From contig OZ024753.1 of the NCBI GenBank assembly GCA_964016885.1, positions 33,418,001-33,482,000 of the forward strand: a DNA stretch of 64,000 bases. Direction: 5' to 3'. Of the stretch, positions 25,781 to 38,439 are shown piece by piece. The first letter of the stretch is position 1. The number at the start of each line of letters is the position of its first letter. The DNA comes from Eledone cirrhosa (taxonomy: Eukaryota). The position numbers and the translations under genes are program-made. The notes under the pieces are model-generated. The model was not told where the DNA came from. It made no database searches and saw nothing but the letters and a program-made list of their open reading frames with translations.

Positions 25781-26067
25781 ACAACACAAGGCAATTATTC
25801 CATTTACCAGTGGTTTCTGAAATGCAAAAGATTTTGCTTTCAATCCTCAGAATGAAAAAATCCTGGTCTGTTTATTGAATTTGGACAAATTCAATAAACA
25901 GACCAGGATTTTTTTATTCTGAGGATTGAAAGCAAAATCTTTTGCATTTAAGAAACCACTGGTAAATGGAATAATTGCCTTATGTTGTTTATTACATAAA
26001 TATTAAGCTCTGTTACCTACATAGAGCACTCTTTTTTCCTGGACTTTTCCGACGGAATTACTTCATT
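25772..26067 (+). mobile_element. Fold-back element with hammerhead motif (Penelope-like)
   Basis: 112-bp arms 25772-25883/25886-25997; CTGAGGA 25919, stem II gcaaaa/ttttgc, GAAAC 25952, stem III ACCA c TGGT, GUA triplet; tail into (TA)n. Confidence 0.7.
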
Positions 26068-26092
26068 TATATATATATATATATATATATAA

Positions 26093-26679
26093 TGTCAGGT
26101 CACCAGTTGGTGCTACTGGTAACATGTATCACAGTACAACCTGTCCCATGGTCGGGTCGTTGGCGACTAAACTTGCAACCCCACCAAGGTTTCTTGGTGA
26201 GGAGGGTGACTTTGGACATCCTGCAGGACCAAAGGAGCTCTAAAGAGTCAATGGCCATCCAAAATCACAGGGAGAGATGACCCCTTAGCCTTTGTCAAGG
26301 TAGAATTCTAGGAGAAGGAAGAATCTGATATAACACCTGCAACCCTGATGGTATCCAATGATGTTGACTTGTTCTTCTTTTTGGTAAATATCATCTTGGT
26401 TAAGAGAGTGGGACTGGCTTTGTGCAGTGCCTTTGCTCACTATAAAAGCTACATGGCACAAGCATTGCTTTATATCTGGAGATCTCTCTGCACTTGTCGT
26501 CACATGGTACCATGGGCCCAGCACTATGTGTCAATAATTGTCACAAGTGTAGTGTTTGTACCAGAGTTTTCAAGTCGCTGGCTGGACTAAAAAGTCACAC
26601 TCGTTGAGCGCATCGGTAGGGTTTCTCCTACATGGATAAAAAGTAGTGGCCTTACTCGAAAACGAGTTGGCAGCCACCA
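26093..26679 (+). mobile_element. Family X element, copy 2
   Basis: Same 5' start (TGTCAGGTCACC) and 3' end (GGCAGCCACCA) as copy 1; small internal deletion near 26228. Confidence 0.8.
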
Positions 26680-26780
26680 TATATAATGTGTATATATATA
26701 TATATACACACACACACATTTAAATATGTACGTTTATATATATGCATATGTAAATATCTACGTATATATATATTGTATAA

Positions 26781-26816
<36 letters not shown>

Positions 26817-26821
<5 letters not shown>

Positions 26822-26943
26822 ACGAGTGGTTAGGAACCAGGTAGACGATAACGCACACGAGTACTCGATACTTAAGGTAGTAGAGTGGGTAATAGGAAAA
26901 GAGTCGAGAGCTCAGCCGTCGGGGTCCTGACTCTTTTCCTATA
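26817..26943 (-). mobile_element. Fold-back family H1 variant with collapsed hairpin
   Basis: Tail homologous to H1; aggaaaagagtc...gactcttttcct inverted ends. Confidence 0.65.
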
Positions 26944-27110
26944 TATATATCCACACACATTATAACATTTGTATATTAAAATAAAATTATTTCTGCAGCG
27001 CCAGCTTGAGATTGGATCTCTCACCTCATTATGAAATACCCATTACTCCTACCAACGAAGCTACCAGATAAGTTGCTGAAAGTTTTGTATATTTAAAGTA
27101 TTAAAACCTT

Positions 27111-27555
27111 AAATTTATTTATCTAATTATAAATACGGAAAATGCAGCGATAGAAGACAAATAAAACTTGAAAATAATCATAATATCCGCTTATTGTTTT
27201 AAGAATAATAGTGTAAAATTAAAATTGACACCGGTTCAGGGATTTCATGGTAACCTTGCCCTCTCGCCCTCGCGGTAATTCAAATTAGTTCAGATTAAAG
27301 AGAGATATGAAGTAAATTGTTTGTTTTACTTATTAACTTATATCAAACAAGAAACAAGATGCCAGGAAAGAAACTAAAAAATTTTCCGTCGTTAAAAAAA
27401 AACAAGAATTCAGCCATTACCCCTCCCACGATGCAACAGTACAGGTAAATACTTTGACGATTTAGCGACATCAGTTCCTTAAATTTCCCTTGAGGCGAAA
27501 TGTCAAGAACGATAACTCTGTTTTTACTTAATCGCAAAAATGGGTGAAAAAAATG
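27111..27555 (+). repeat. ~440-bp direct repeat, copy 1 (unclassified, probably TE-derived)
   Basis: Aligns by eye to 28920-29352 (atctaattataaatacggaaaatgcagcgatagaagac...cttaatcgcaaaaa). Confidence 0.85.
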
Positions 27556-28114
27556 TTCAGTAGAGAACGTATTTTATGTATGTACGAACGTACATACGCA
27601 AAGAATTGCTGCTTTCACCCTTAATGGGATCTTCTGAAACTCAGTGTTATTTTAATAAATATTTCTCTACGGTTTTATATATTGTTATATATATATTATC
27701 CTTATCGAGCCCTCTTCGGATTTTAGTCTTCGCATTTATTATTATTACTATATATAAAGTACCAGTAATACACTGGTTTTGCTGGCCTTGTGCCTAACGT
27801 AGAAACAATTATTAGTATATATATGTAGAGAGAAAGAGAGCGCAGTGGCACTCCGTTGGTTACGAGGACAAGAATTCATATTTTTATTTACTTAGTAATA
27901 AAATTTGACTAACAACATTAAGAATTGCATGACCCACACCACATCCTTTCTCTTTACAATGCTACTCACCTACCCAGCGTTGGTTTCAACCTGTAACCCG
28001 AGTTTCATTTCTGTCTGTGTGTGTGTGTGTGCATGTGAGACCGAGACTTAATACTATTGTTGTTTTGTCTATTGCTATCATTGTTGTTTTATATATACAC
28101 ACACACACACACAT

Positions 28115-28419
28115 AAACAGTGGCAAGATTTCACAGATGAATATTGATGAACATCAAATATTGGAAATTGATACTTTGGCAATATCATTGCCAGTTAAAA
28201 GACAGAGGAAGAAAAAAAAGAATGGCAGACGATGAAGAAAATTACTCAGATTCTCTAGCTGATTTTCGAGTAAATGTGTTTAACCTAATAATGGATTGCA
28301 TTATCCAGTCACTAGAATCACACTTTGTACAACACAAACAGTTGTATAAAGATTTATCCTGCTTGGACCCTGCAAAGTTTCAAACTATTGCAGAGAAGGG
28401 CCTTGAAGTTGCAGCATGA
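28115..28419 (+). pseudogene. hAT-superfamily (ZMYM1-like) transposase fragment, frameshifted
   Basis: LPVKRQRKKK|RMADDEE...FRVNVFNLIMDCIIQSLESHF...LYKDLSCLDPAKF resembles the segment before the hAT dimerisation domain. Confidence 0.6.
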
Positions 28420-28432
28420 GATTGTATTATTA

Positions 28433-28602
28433 AGAGGGTCGGACGCAATGCTTTGCAGCATAGGGTTACAGCCCGTTACGGTCTGATTTCAAATCTCGCC
28501 GAGGTTAACTTTGACTTTTATCCTTATAGGGTCGATAAAATAAAGTACCAGTAATGTACTAGTTTAATTGCTGGCCTTGTGCCAAAAGTAGAAACAATTA
28601 TT
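28433..28602 (+). mobile_element. SINE S2
   Basis: Match to the S2 core and tail. Confidence 0.8.
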
Positions 28603-28840
28603 AAGTTGTTTCCACAAATCAGCATTATATTACTGTATACTGCCACTATATTATATTTATAATATTCTGTATTTACATTTGGTATTACTCTATACTGCCA
28701 GTAATATGTATAGTATACACTAATATGTATAGTATACACTATAATTTTAAAAAAAATAGAAAAAAGTATACATTTCGCCACTGCATATATATATATATAT
28801 TATTGTTGTCTTTTTGCATACATTAATTTCTCTATTTTCT

Positions 28841-28872
<32 letters not shown>

Positions 28873-28919
28873 GATACATATATATACATTATATCACTTG
28901 AATATTAAAATAATAAAAT

Positions 28920-29352
28920 AATTTATTTATCTAATTATAAATACGGAAAATGCAGCGATAGAAGACAAATAAAACTTCAAAATAATCATATCCGATATTG
29001 TTTTGCAATAATAGTGTAAAATTAAAATTGACACCGGTTCAGGGATTCCATGCTACCCTTGCCCTCGCTCTCCCACGGTAATTCAATGTTCAGATTAAAG
29101 AGAGGTGAGAGTAAATTACTTGTTTTGTTTATTTACTTATATCAAACAAGGAACAAGATGCCGAGAAATAAATAAAAAAATTTGCCGAGGTTAAAAAAAA
29201 AAATTCAACCATTACGCCTCCCATAATGCAACAGTGCAGGTAAACATTTTGACGATTTAGCAACATCAGTTCCTTAAATTTCCCTGTGCCCGAATCTCAA
29301 GAACGATAACTCTGTTTTTACTTAATCGCAAAAAACGGGGGAAAAAAAATTT
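28920..29352 (+). repeat. ~440-bp direct repeat, copy 2
   Basis: See 27111-27555. Confidence 0.85.
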
Positions 29353-29597
29353 GAATTTATTTTCAGTTTAGAAAATACATTCGCAATTATTTAAAATACA
29401 CAAAATATAAAAAAAAAAGTATACATTTTTATCCCCTCAGAAATTTGATTGCACTTTGTGTGTTAGCAGTGTATTTTTTGAAAATGTTTATTCGTTATAA
29501 AAATTAAATGATAGCCTTCTATAGGGTGGGCTACCTTTATCTCCTGGCAACCCATATCTTTAGACCCAGTAAGCCAGTGTGCATAACCCCCCCCCCC

Positions 29598-29653
<56 letters not shown>

Positions 29654-29705
29654 GAATTTTATTTCTTGCTCTAGCACAGCTGATACATATGCATATTTAT
29701 ATCTA

Positions 29706-30379
29706 TCTAGAGCGGGTAAAATTCCTGAGATCCATGGACGAGCTCTCTCCAGCGGTCTCTGTCCCTCATTATCACTGCCATGTCCTGCGTCTCCAACAGA
29801 CCAGTGTCTGACCTTAGGGCATCAACATACGTTAACCTTGGTCTTCCTCTTCCTGTGTGTCCATGTAGGGGCTCCCACAGGAGCACTGAGGGCAATGTCA
29901 ACTCTGGATGTCTGTGAGCATGTCCAGCTAACCTCAGTCTCTTCTGTGTCACTTTTGAGCTGACTTTTGGGAGGCTCCCATACAGGTCTGAGTTTTTCAT
30001 CCTCAGTGTATACTGAGCCATGTATGTTCAGAGCCATCCTCAGCATTCTCGTGTAGCACCCATCCACCATCTGAGTGAGTTTCTTGGTCAGTGTCCAAGT
30101 CTCAGACCCGTACAGCAGCACAGACTCCACTACAGCAATGAAGAGGCAGATTTTCAGGTCTTTATGAAGGTTCGACTTTCACACCGATCTGAAGGTGTGG
30201 CACGCCGCCCAGGCTTTGCTCTTCCTCTCAACTACATCATCTTCCGTATTCCCGATCTTTGCTCCCAAATACAGGAAGTCCTCACCCAATTCTAGCAGCT
30301 TCCCGCCTACATTAGTAATCCCCTCTGGCTTCTCAACATTTTCTACCAGATATTTTGTTTTAGTCTCATTCATTCTCAT
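29706..30379 (-). mobile_element. RTE/RTEX-type LINE family C 3' fragment (frameshifted)
   Basis: RMNETKTKY..EDFLYLGAKI..RKSKAWAACH..ESVLLYGSETWTLT..DGCYTRMLRMALNI..RLRLAGHAHRHPE..VLLWEPLHG..RGRPRLTYVDAL. Confidence 0.9.
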
Positions 30380-30502
30380 ATTTACATATATGTATATATA
30401 TATGAATATTTACATATATGTATATATATATACACACAAACATGATGATATATATATATATATATATAGTTATACTTTGGGAGGGTCAAATTCAGAAACG
30501 AA

Positions 30503-30533
<31 letters not shown>

Positions 30534-30566
30534 CGTGTGTATATATGTATAATATATATATATATT

Positions 30567-30805
30567 ATGTTGAATAGTGAAAGAATAAGAGAACAAAAAC
30601 AGGCAATTAATTCTTTTTTTAATTGTTTTATGATCGATTCAGTTGAGCAGAAAAGAATTCACTCCCTGTTCAGCAGCACAAAGCTTGCATTCTTTTCTGT
30701 GCAGTCGAAACAATTATAACACAATAGATTAATAATCACCTACACTTGTTCTCTTATTCTTTCATTGTTCAGTATAACATATTTAACTCTGTTGTTTGAA
30801 TACTT
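30567..30805. mobile_element. Imperfect fold-back element
   Basis: tgaatagtgaaagaataagagaacaa / ttgttctcttattctttcattgttca outer arms and cagaaaagaat/attcttttctg inner arms. Confidence 0.5.
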
Positions 30806-31892
30806 ATATATGAATGAAATGGTCATTACCACACAAATGCATGACATTCTGTATCAATTTGAATACACATTAGTTCAAGATTGAGTTCTAATATGGTTTA
30901 AATCCTGCTCTGATTAGGCAGACTAATGATATGATCATCATCATCGTTGTCACTGTTTAGCATCTAATTTTTCATGCTTGCATGGGTTAGACGGGTCGTC
31001 CACATTGGAAGACAAGTCTGACCAGAGTTATCCACGCCATACCTTGCTCTGACGAGAACTGTAAATTTGGCTGGAGCTTTTACAGCTGGATGCCGCACCA
31101 AACACCTTTACAGTGTGGAACTGGATGGCACCTTCATGGAGAGAGACAGGCAAGTTTATTGATATATATTTAGATGGATAGATGAAGATGCCCAGAAAGT
31201 GTAGTAGTTCAAGTTAAAATAACCTGCAAAACTTTAGACAATTTCGATCTCTGCTGACAAAGGCTTCTCTCTCAAAGTGAAGTGTAGACTGATGCTTCCA
31301 TGCACACTGCAATACTACTTTACTATGTTTTGACTGCAGAAGATATAATAAAGAAATGAAGCAAGCATGTTTCTGTAGATCTGTGACATTAATATGCATG
31401 AAGATTGTTTTGTGTATTTAAAGAATTTAAAATACTCATTTACTGGCAAATAAATCTCCAAAACTAACCATCATTCCATTGGATTGTAAATGTACAAGAC
31501 AGGAAATTATATAGAAGTTATGTAGAATTGTATATGATAAGCTGTTCTGGATGATCCTTTGAACTTTATAGTATGATCTGGATAACTATGAAATCCATAT
31601 GATAATATTTTAAAGTAGCATATTGCACCTTTTGAATTTTACATAATATTACTGCACACTGTATTACTCTATTAAATTTTTTCTTGTCAATATTACATTT
31701 TTTCTTGTCAATATATATATATAAAATACACTGAATATGCACTGAATGAAGGAGGCAAATACTATTCATAGAAATAAAAAAAATATTTATTATTAACAAT
31801 GATTGTTTACTTTGAAGTTTTACTGATACTACTGACTTCTCAGTTTCGAGAGTAGTGGTGCAACTTCAAAGTAAACAGTTACCACTGTTAAT

Positions 31893-31901
31893 TATATACA
31901 T

Positions 31902-31934
<33 letters not shown>

Positions 31935-33019
31935 TACATACATACATATATACATACATACATATATACATACATACATATATATACATACATACATACA
32001 TACATATATATATATACATACATACATACATACATATATACATACATACATACATATATACATACATACATACATATATATATACATACATACATACATA
32101 TATATATATACATACATACATACATATATATACATACATACATACATATATATATACATACATACATACATATATATATACATACATACATACATATATA
32201 TATACATACATACATACATATATATATACATACATACATACATATATATATACATACATACATACATATATATATACATACATACATACATATATATACA
32301 TACATACATATATACATACATACATACATATATATATATATACATACATACATATATATATATATATACATACATACATATATATATATATACATACATA
32401 CATATATATATACATACATACATATATATATACATACATACATATATATATATATACATACATACATACATATATACATACATACATATATATATATATA
32501 CATACATACATATATATATATATACATACATACATATATATATATATACATGGTGGCTGCCAACTCGTTTTCGAGTACGGCCACTACTTTATATCCATGT
32601 AGGAGAACCCCTACCGATGCGCTGAACGAGTGTGACTTTTCAGTCCGGCCAGCGACTTGAAAACTTTGGTACAAACACTACACTTGTGACAATTATTGAC
32701 ACATAGTGCTGGGCCCATGGTACCATGTGACGACAAGTGCAGAGAGATCTCCAGATATAAAGCAATGCCTGTGCCGTGAAGCTTTTATAGTGAGCAAAGG
32801 CACTGCACAAAGCCATTCCCACTCTCTTAACCAAGATGATATTTACCAAAAAGAAGAACAAGTCAACATCATTGGATACCATCAGGGTTGCAGGTGTTAT
32901 ATCAGAGTTTTCCTTCTCCTAGAATTCTGCCTTGACAAAGGCTAAGGGGTCATCTCTCCTATATACATACATACATACATACATACATACATACATACAT
33001 ACATACATACATACATACA

Positions 33020-33083
<64 letters not shown>

Positions 33084-33252
33084 TACATACATACATACAT
33101 ATATATATACATACATACATACATATATATATACATACATACATACATATATATATATATACATACATACATACATACATATATATATATATATACATAC
33201 ATATATATATACATACATACATACATACATATATATATACATACATACATAT
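31893..33252. repeat. (TACA)n/(TA)n compound microsatellite interrupted by element X
   Basis: Direct inspection. Confidence 0.95.
32551..32959 (-). mobile_element. Family X element, copy 3 (5'-truncated)
   Basis: Reverse complement of ~6376-6784. Confidence 0.85.
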
Positions 33253-33474
33253 AAAATGTGCACACATATTTTAGTTTGCATACTTATACATACCTACTTC
33301 TCTTTAATCTAAACAGTATGGAATATCATGGGCAAATAATCTAAATCTATGATTTAATATATATATATATATATATACCATACATACATACATATGATTA
33401 TATACATAATATATATATATGTAACTATGCATATACATAATATATATATATATATAACTATACATATACATAAT

Positions 33475-35059
33475 ATCATCATCATCATCATCATCAACGT
33501 TTAACGTCCGTGTTCCACGCTTGCATGGGTTTGGACGGGGGTAGTCCCACTTGAGGCAAGAGTGATTGTCTTGCTCGCATAGGACTGTCTGGCAGGTTTT
33601 CTACAGTTGGATGCCCTTCCTAACACCAACCACATTTACAGTGTGGGTCTGGGAGGTTTTTACCGTGTTGCCTACACGGCCACATTACAGCGTGGACTGT
33701 GTGTTTTTTTTGTCGTGACACCTACACGATCTCATTTGTTTCGGCCTCGATGGCGCGGCACCAACATAACTTTACATAGAACGGGGTGGTGTGGATGGGG
33801 TGGGGGTGGGGGTGGTGGGACGGGGTGTATTTTGTTAGAGATGCCTACTGGCTGGAGTAGGTTTTACTATATATTTAGGTAAGGCGGGTCTTCTCTGTTA
33901 CTGAGTACCGCCAAAGGTCTCGGTCCAGTGACATTGTCTTGGAGAGGTGTAAGTGTGTGATGTCGGAGTTTATCAGCTCGTCCCAGGTTTTTCTAGGTCT
34001 GCCTATTCCGTGACTACCGTCTATCTTTATTGCCCTGCACTTTGTTATACAGCTATCGACTTTCATGCGCATCACGTGTCCATACCAACGTAGCCTTCTC
34101 TCGAGTAAACAACATCTGATCCCTCTTATCTCTAATTTTTTCCTTAGTTCGTTTATGCTTTGCCGTACACGTATATTACTGTTACACATCCAGCGGAGCA
34201 TGCAAGCTTCGTTCCTCTCTAGTCTGCGTATATCCTCTGCACACAATGCCCAGGTCTCACTGCCATGCAGCATTGCTGTTCGTATGCAGGCATCGTACAA
34301 CCTGCCTTTCATTTTTAGTGAGAACCCTTTAGCAGCTAATAGTGGTATAAGCTCTCTGAACTTTTTCCAACCAGTTCTGACTCTAGCTACAGTACTTTCA
34401 GAGCACCCTCCCCCACTGCTGATTTTATCGCCCAGGTAACGGAAGCTGTCCACTATTTCTATAGAACCCTCTGCGCAATTGAAAGAGCTAGTATTTTGTG
34501 GGCACTTGCTGCTACTTATTGCACCAGAGCACCGGCCACATGTAAAATCTATGTTCTTAGTTAGCTTACCTGTGATCCCACTACATCTTTTATGCACCCA
34601 TACTTTGCATTTAGGACATAAAATGGAGTTTCTACCTACGCTTTTCCTACACACCGAGCACGACCATTTCCCAGAAGGGACCGCCGCCTTGTTTTCTTTC
34701 CTACAAACTAGTACTTTGGTCTTAGCCAGGTTAATTTTAAGTCCTTTTGACTCTAGGCCGTGCTTCCATGTTTGGAATTTCTTCTCTAGCTCGGCCATTG
34801 ATTCCGCTATGAGTGTCAGGTCGTCTGCGTATAGGAGTTCCCATGGGCAGCCTGTCTTGAACTCCTCTGTTATAGCCTGAAGGGCAATAATAAATAGTAG
34901 TGGGCTGAGAACAGAGCCCTGATGGACGCCAACTTTTACGCTAAACTCTTCACTATATTCGTTGTTAATTCTAACCTTGCTGACTGTTTCTTTATACATG
35001 GCTTGTATAGCCCTCACAAGCCATTCGTCAACGCCTAGTTTTCTAAGAGCCCACCAGAT
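33475..35059 (-). mobile_element. RTE-clade LINE family A, 5'-truncated young copy
   Basis: Open frame with GVHQGSVLSPLLF, YADD (34820-34831), FRYLG, HGSETW, RLRWYGHV, GRPRKTW; 400-bp 3' UTR; (TGA)n tail. Confidence 0.97.
33875..35059 (-). CDS. RTE reverse transcriptase C-terminal half with embedded PHD-type finger (partial, no genuine start codon)
   Basis: ORF-track 406 aa; first ~12 aa are microsatellite; C4HC3 pattern at 34529-34660. Confidence 0.85.
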   Translation of the reverse strand: MWWALRKLGVDEWLVRAIQAMYKETVSKVRINNEYSEEFSVKVGVHQGSVLSPLLFIIALQAITEEFKTGCPWELLYADDLTLIAESMAELEKKFQTWKHGLESKGLKINLAKTKVLVCRKENKAAVPSGKWSCSVCRKSVGRNSILCPKCKVWVHKRCSGITGKLTKNIDFTCGRCSGAISSSKCPQNTSSFNCAEGSIEIVDSFRYLGDKISSGGGCSESTVARVRTGWKKFRELIPLLAAKGFSLKMKGRLYDACIRTAMLHGSETWALCAEDIRRLERNEACMLRWMCNSNIRVRQSINELRKKLEIRGIRCCLLERRLRWYGHVMRMKVDSCITKCRAIKIDGSHGIGRPRKTWDELINSDITHLHLSKTMSLDRDLWRYSVTEKTRLT

Positions 35060-35385
35060 ATATATATATATATATATATAACTATACATATACATAATAT
35101 ATATATATAACTATACATATACATAATATATATAACTATACATATACATAATATATATAACTATACATATACATAATATATATATATATAACTATACATA
35201 TACATAATATATATATATATAATTATACATATACATAATATATATATAACTATACATATACATAATATATATATATATAACTATACATATACATAATATA
35301 TATAACTATACATATACATAATATATATATATATAACTATACATATACATAATATATATATATATATAACTATACATATATATAT
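35060..35385. repeat. Minisatellite (TA)n-actatacatatacataa, about 11 copies
   Basis: The same unit also occurs at 33395-33475, on the other side of the RTE. Confidence 0.9.
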
Positions 35386-35860
35386 TATGTAAGTCAGTAA
35401 AATATATATGTCGTAATCAGTTCTCTAACAAAATACAAATCCAAACTCACAGATTTCTATTATATTTATACAGTACTACATTTAAGTGTTTTCATTTGAT
35501 AAAACTAAATTCAGAATATTGAATTACAATGGTGAGAAATATGATGACCATTTCACCAAAAACCAAACAAACAAAAAAACAAACAAAAAAAACAACATAT
35601 ATGTATATAGGCAGCCATTTTTTTGCAGGAACTTTTGAGAGTGGATTATAGAATTCTTCCTTTTGGAAAGATTTCGAGAATATTTTTGTTTGATTGTATT
35701 TAGATAAAGCTAGTCAGGTTACAGGAAATATTGCTGCAACATCATTTTATATTATATGCAATGGCATTTATTGTGTGTGGCAGGGGCGAAGGGTCTGTGC
35801 ATGTATTGCATGCAGTGCATGCATTATAGAATCTTGAGTTGATCAATTGCGTCGGTTGAA

Positions 35861-36010
35861 GCAAGCAGAATTTTGGCTGCTTACTAAATCGTAGACACAT
35901 AAAAAGATAACACACACACACATACAAACACACGACAGCTTTGGGGCAAGCAGAATTTTGACTGCTTACTAAATCGTAGACACATAAAAAGATAACACAC
36001 ACATACACAC
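35861..36010. repeat. Local duplication (~65 bp, 84-bp period)
   Basis: gcaagcagaattttg.ctgcttactaaatcgtagacacataaaaagataacacac occurs twice. Confidence 0.85.
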
Positions 36011-36835
36011 TAGATAACACTAGATGCGGCTTTGACCGGGAGGGTCATTTAGAGGGAATTGGGAGAGGGGGGTAAGGCTGCACAGCCCCACTTTCCGCCA
36101 TGGCAATTGGACTGCATTCCCTGCTTTCCAGGTTACCCTTTGCAACTGTTGTGTGGTGTATGTTTGTGCAGAGGTGGTGGTGGTGTATTCAGTGTGTGTA
36201 TCTGTGTGTGCTTCTTTCTATAATGTATGAAAATCTTAAGAAAATTGTTTTCTGTTGTTTTTAGGCACATGTATTGATCTTTTGTAATAAGGTATGTATA
36301 TATGTGTATTTGGTTTGTGTGTATATATGTGTATTTGGTTTGTGTGTATATGTAAGTGTATTTGGTTTGTGTGTATGACTCTTGGTATTTATAACAAACC
36401 TGCAACAGCGCATGTTTATGTATTTAGATGACTGGTATTAGTGTATATATTACTTGGAATAATATTAATAATAAGAAGAATGGCTGGTGTGTGTTTGTAC
36501 AATGTTTTATATCACAGGAGTCAATAATAACACAATAGAAATATTTTACCACATGTTGGTGTAGTTGGTGAGTTGGTCTCGACTCCAAGACTGGAGCGTA
36601 TACAGCAGAGAGACAGAAGACAGGAGTCATCTCTAGGGAGAGAAGGCAGAAAATATCTCTTCATAGGTAGAAGTCAGCTCCAACATTATGCGTGTTGTCA
36701 CCTCGGAAATAGCCGCCGGAGTGTGTATATCTTTTTGGTGATGTCAGTTTGTGACGTCAGAGCTATGTGCAGGTAACTCTGCATAGCTGTCTCCAAACAC
36801 ATGACAGGTGACGCTTCACAACATTTATATATATA

Positions 36836-37035
36836 AGAAAAGAGTCAGGACCACGATAGATGAGCTCCAGCAGTTTCAACAGCTCGATCTGAACAGTTCG
36901 GATCTAGCTGTTGAAACGGCCGAAGCTCAGCCGTCGGGGTCCTGACTCTTTTCCTATTACCCACTCTACTACCCTAAGTTTCGAGTACTCTGGTGTGTTT
37001 TGGTCGACCTAGTTTCTTACCACACTTTTTTTGTT
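36836..37035 (+). mobile_element. Fold-back family H1 variant
   Basis: gaaaagagtcaggac...gtcctgactcttttc arms, then tail cctattacccactctactaccctaag. Confidence 0.7.
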
Positions 37036-37221
37036 ATATATACATATAGGGATGTAGTCGTTAAAATGATAATATGTACCTTCTTGCTGTATTGGCCTTT
37101 CTTTAATGAAGATGTTTAATTTCTGAGGAAGTACAAACCTTTTTAAACACTAATTAGAGTAAAGTATATACACTATACCTATACACTATACCTCTTGTTT
37201 CTATTATTATCATTATCATCA

Positions 37222-37410
37222 AGGCGGGGAATTGGCAGTATCAGTAGAGGGTTGGACGCCATGCTTTCTAGCATAGTTACGTCCCTTTACGGTTTGAGTT
37301 CAAATCCCGCCGAGGTTAACTTTGCCTTTCATCCTTACGGGGTCGATAAAATAAAGTACCAGTAATATACTGGGTGATTGCTGGCCTTGTGCCTAAAGTA
37401 GAAACAATTA
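37222..37410 (+). mobile_element. SINE S2 full length
   Basis: Flanked by the direct repeat attattatcattatcatca (TSD). Confidence 0.85.
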
Positions 37411-38439
37411 TTATCATTATCATCATAGATATTATTATTCTTATTACATTTACCAATTTATGTATTTGAAGAAAAGCTTTGTACTGAAACAATTGTAAGA
37501 ATTAAACAATTGTAAGAACGTCTTTCAGTCATCATAATTTTTTATATATATATATAATTGTGGTAAAAAAACTGGGAGGTTAAATCTGTAATTGGTAGAA
37601 CAGTAGAACATTTGGTATACAATTAATTCCACAACAAATTAGCCAATGATACTCGAGGAAGCACATTTTACCGGATAGATTTTTCAGCTCGTGTATGGCT
37701 GCAGTGAGAACAGAAACAGAAGTATATATATATATGAGATGACTGGATTCTGTGTGGCAGATGTTGGCAGTTTGATGACAAAGGAGACAATTTTTGTTAG
37801 TTCAGTCCAGGTTAAATTTCTGGTTATCCTGCGTCCTTCCACTTATGTTAACAGATACTTTGCAGTGTGGGGGCAGTGGTTAAATTAAAAAAATTGGCTT
37901 TTGTGTTAACTCAAACGAAAATTTGTGGCCAGCCATGTCATATGCTGAGTTGCACTGAATCTCTGTGAAATATGTTAAGGGTGCATACATCTGTGGGATT
38001 TTCAGCTACTTGAATGTTACTTTCATGATCATGCTGTCTTATTGATTGAGCAACTGGAAAGCTCATCAACAAAGCCAAAGGATGTCCATTGATGAATATA
38101 TGTGTATGTCTGTATGTAAGTGTATATGTCTGTATGTGTCTTTGTGTATATGTCTATGTATGTGTATATCTATGTATGTGTGTATATCTGTATGTGTATA
38201 TGTATGTATGTTTGTGTAAGTATGTGTATATGTCTGTATGTATGTATGTATATATCTTGTGTGTTTATTTTGCTGATCCAATAAACTTTTTATTTGTGTT
38301 TTTTTATGTTGAAGATGCTACTGATGATGATGATAATTGCAATGAAAATTGCAATGGTGATGATTAAGAAGAGGCTGACAATGATGAATTTTATTGTTCC
38401 CTCTATACATACCCCACCAGGACATCATTTATTGAATGT

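Noticed and set aside
24395-25843. 482- and 458-aa ORFs
   Set aside because: I/Y-only translations of AT satellite.
31855-33312. Overlapping 100-260-aa ORFs
   Set aside because: TACA/TA microsatellite translations.
35781-36102. hAT-type MITE (CAGGGGCGAA...TTCCGCCATG)
   Set aside because: TIR match is weak and no 8-bp TSD was found.
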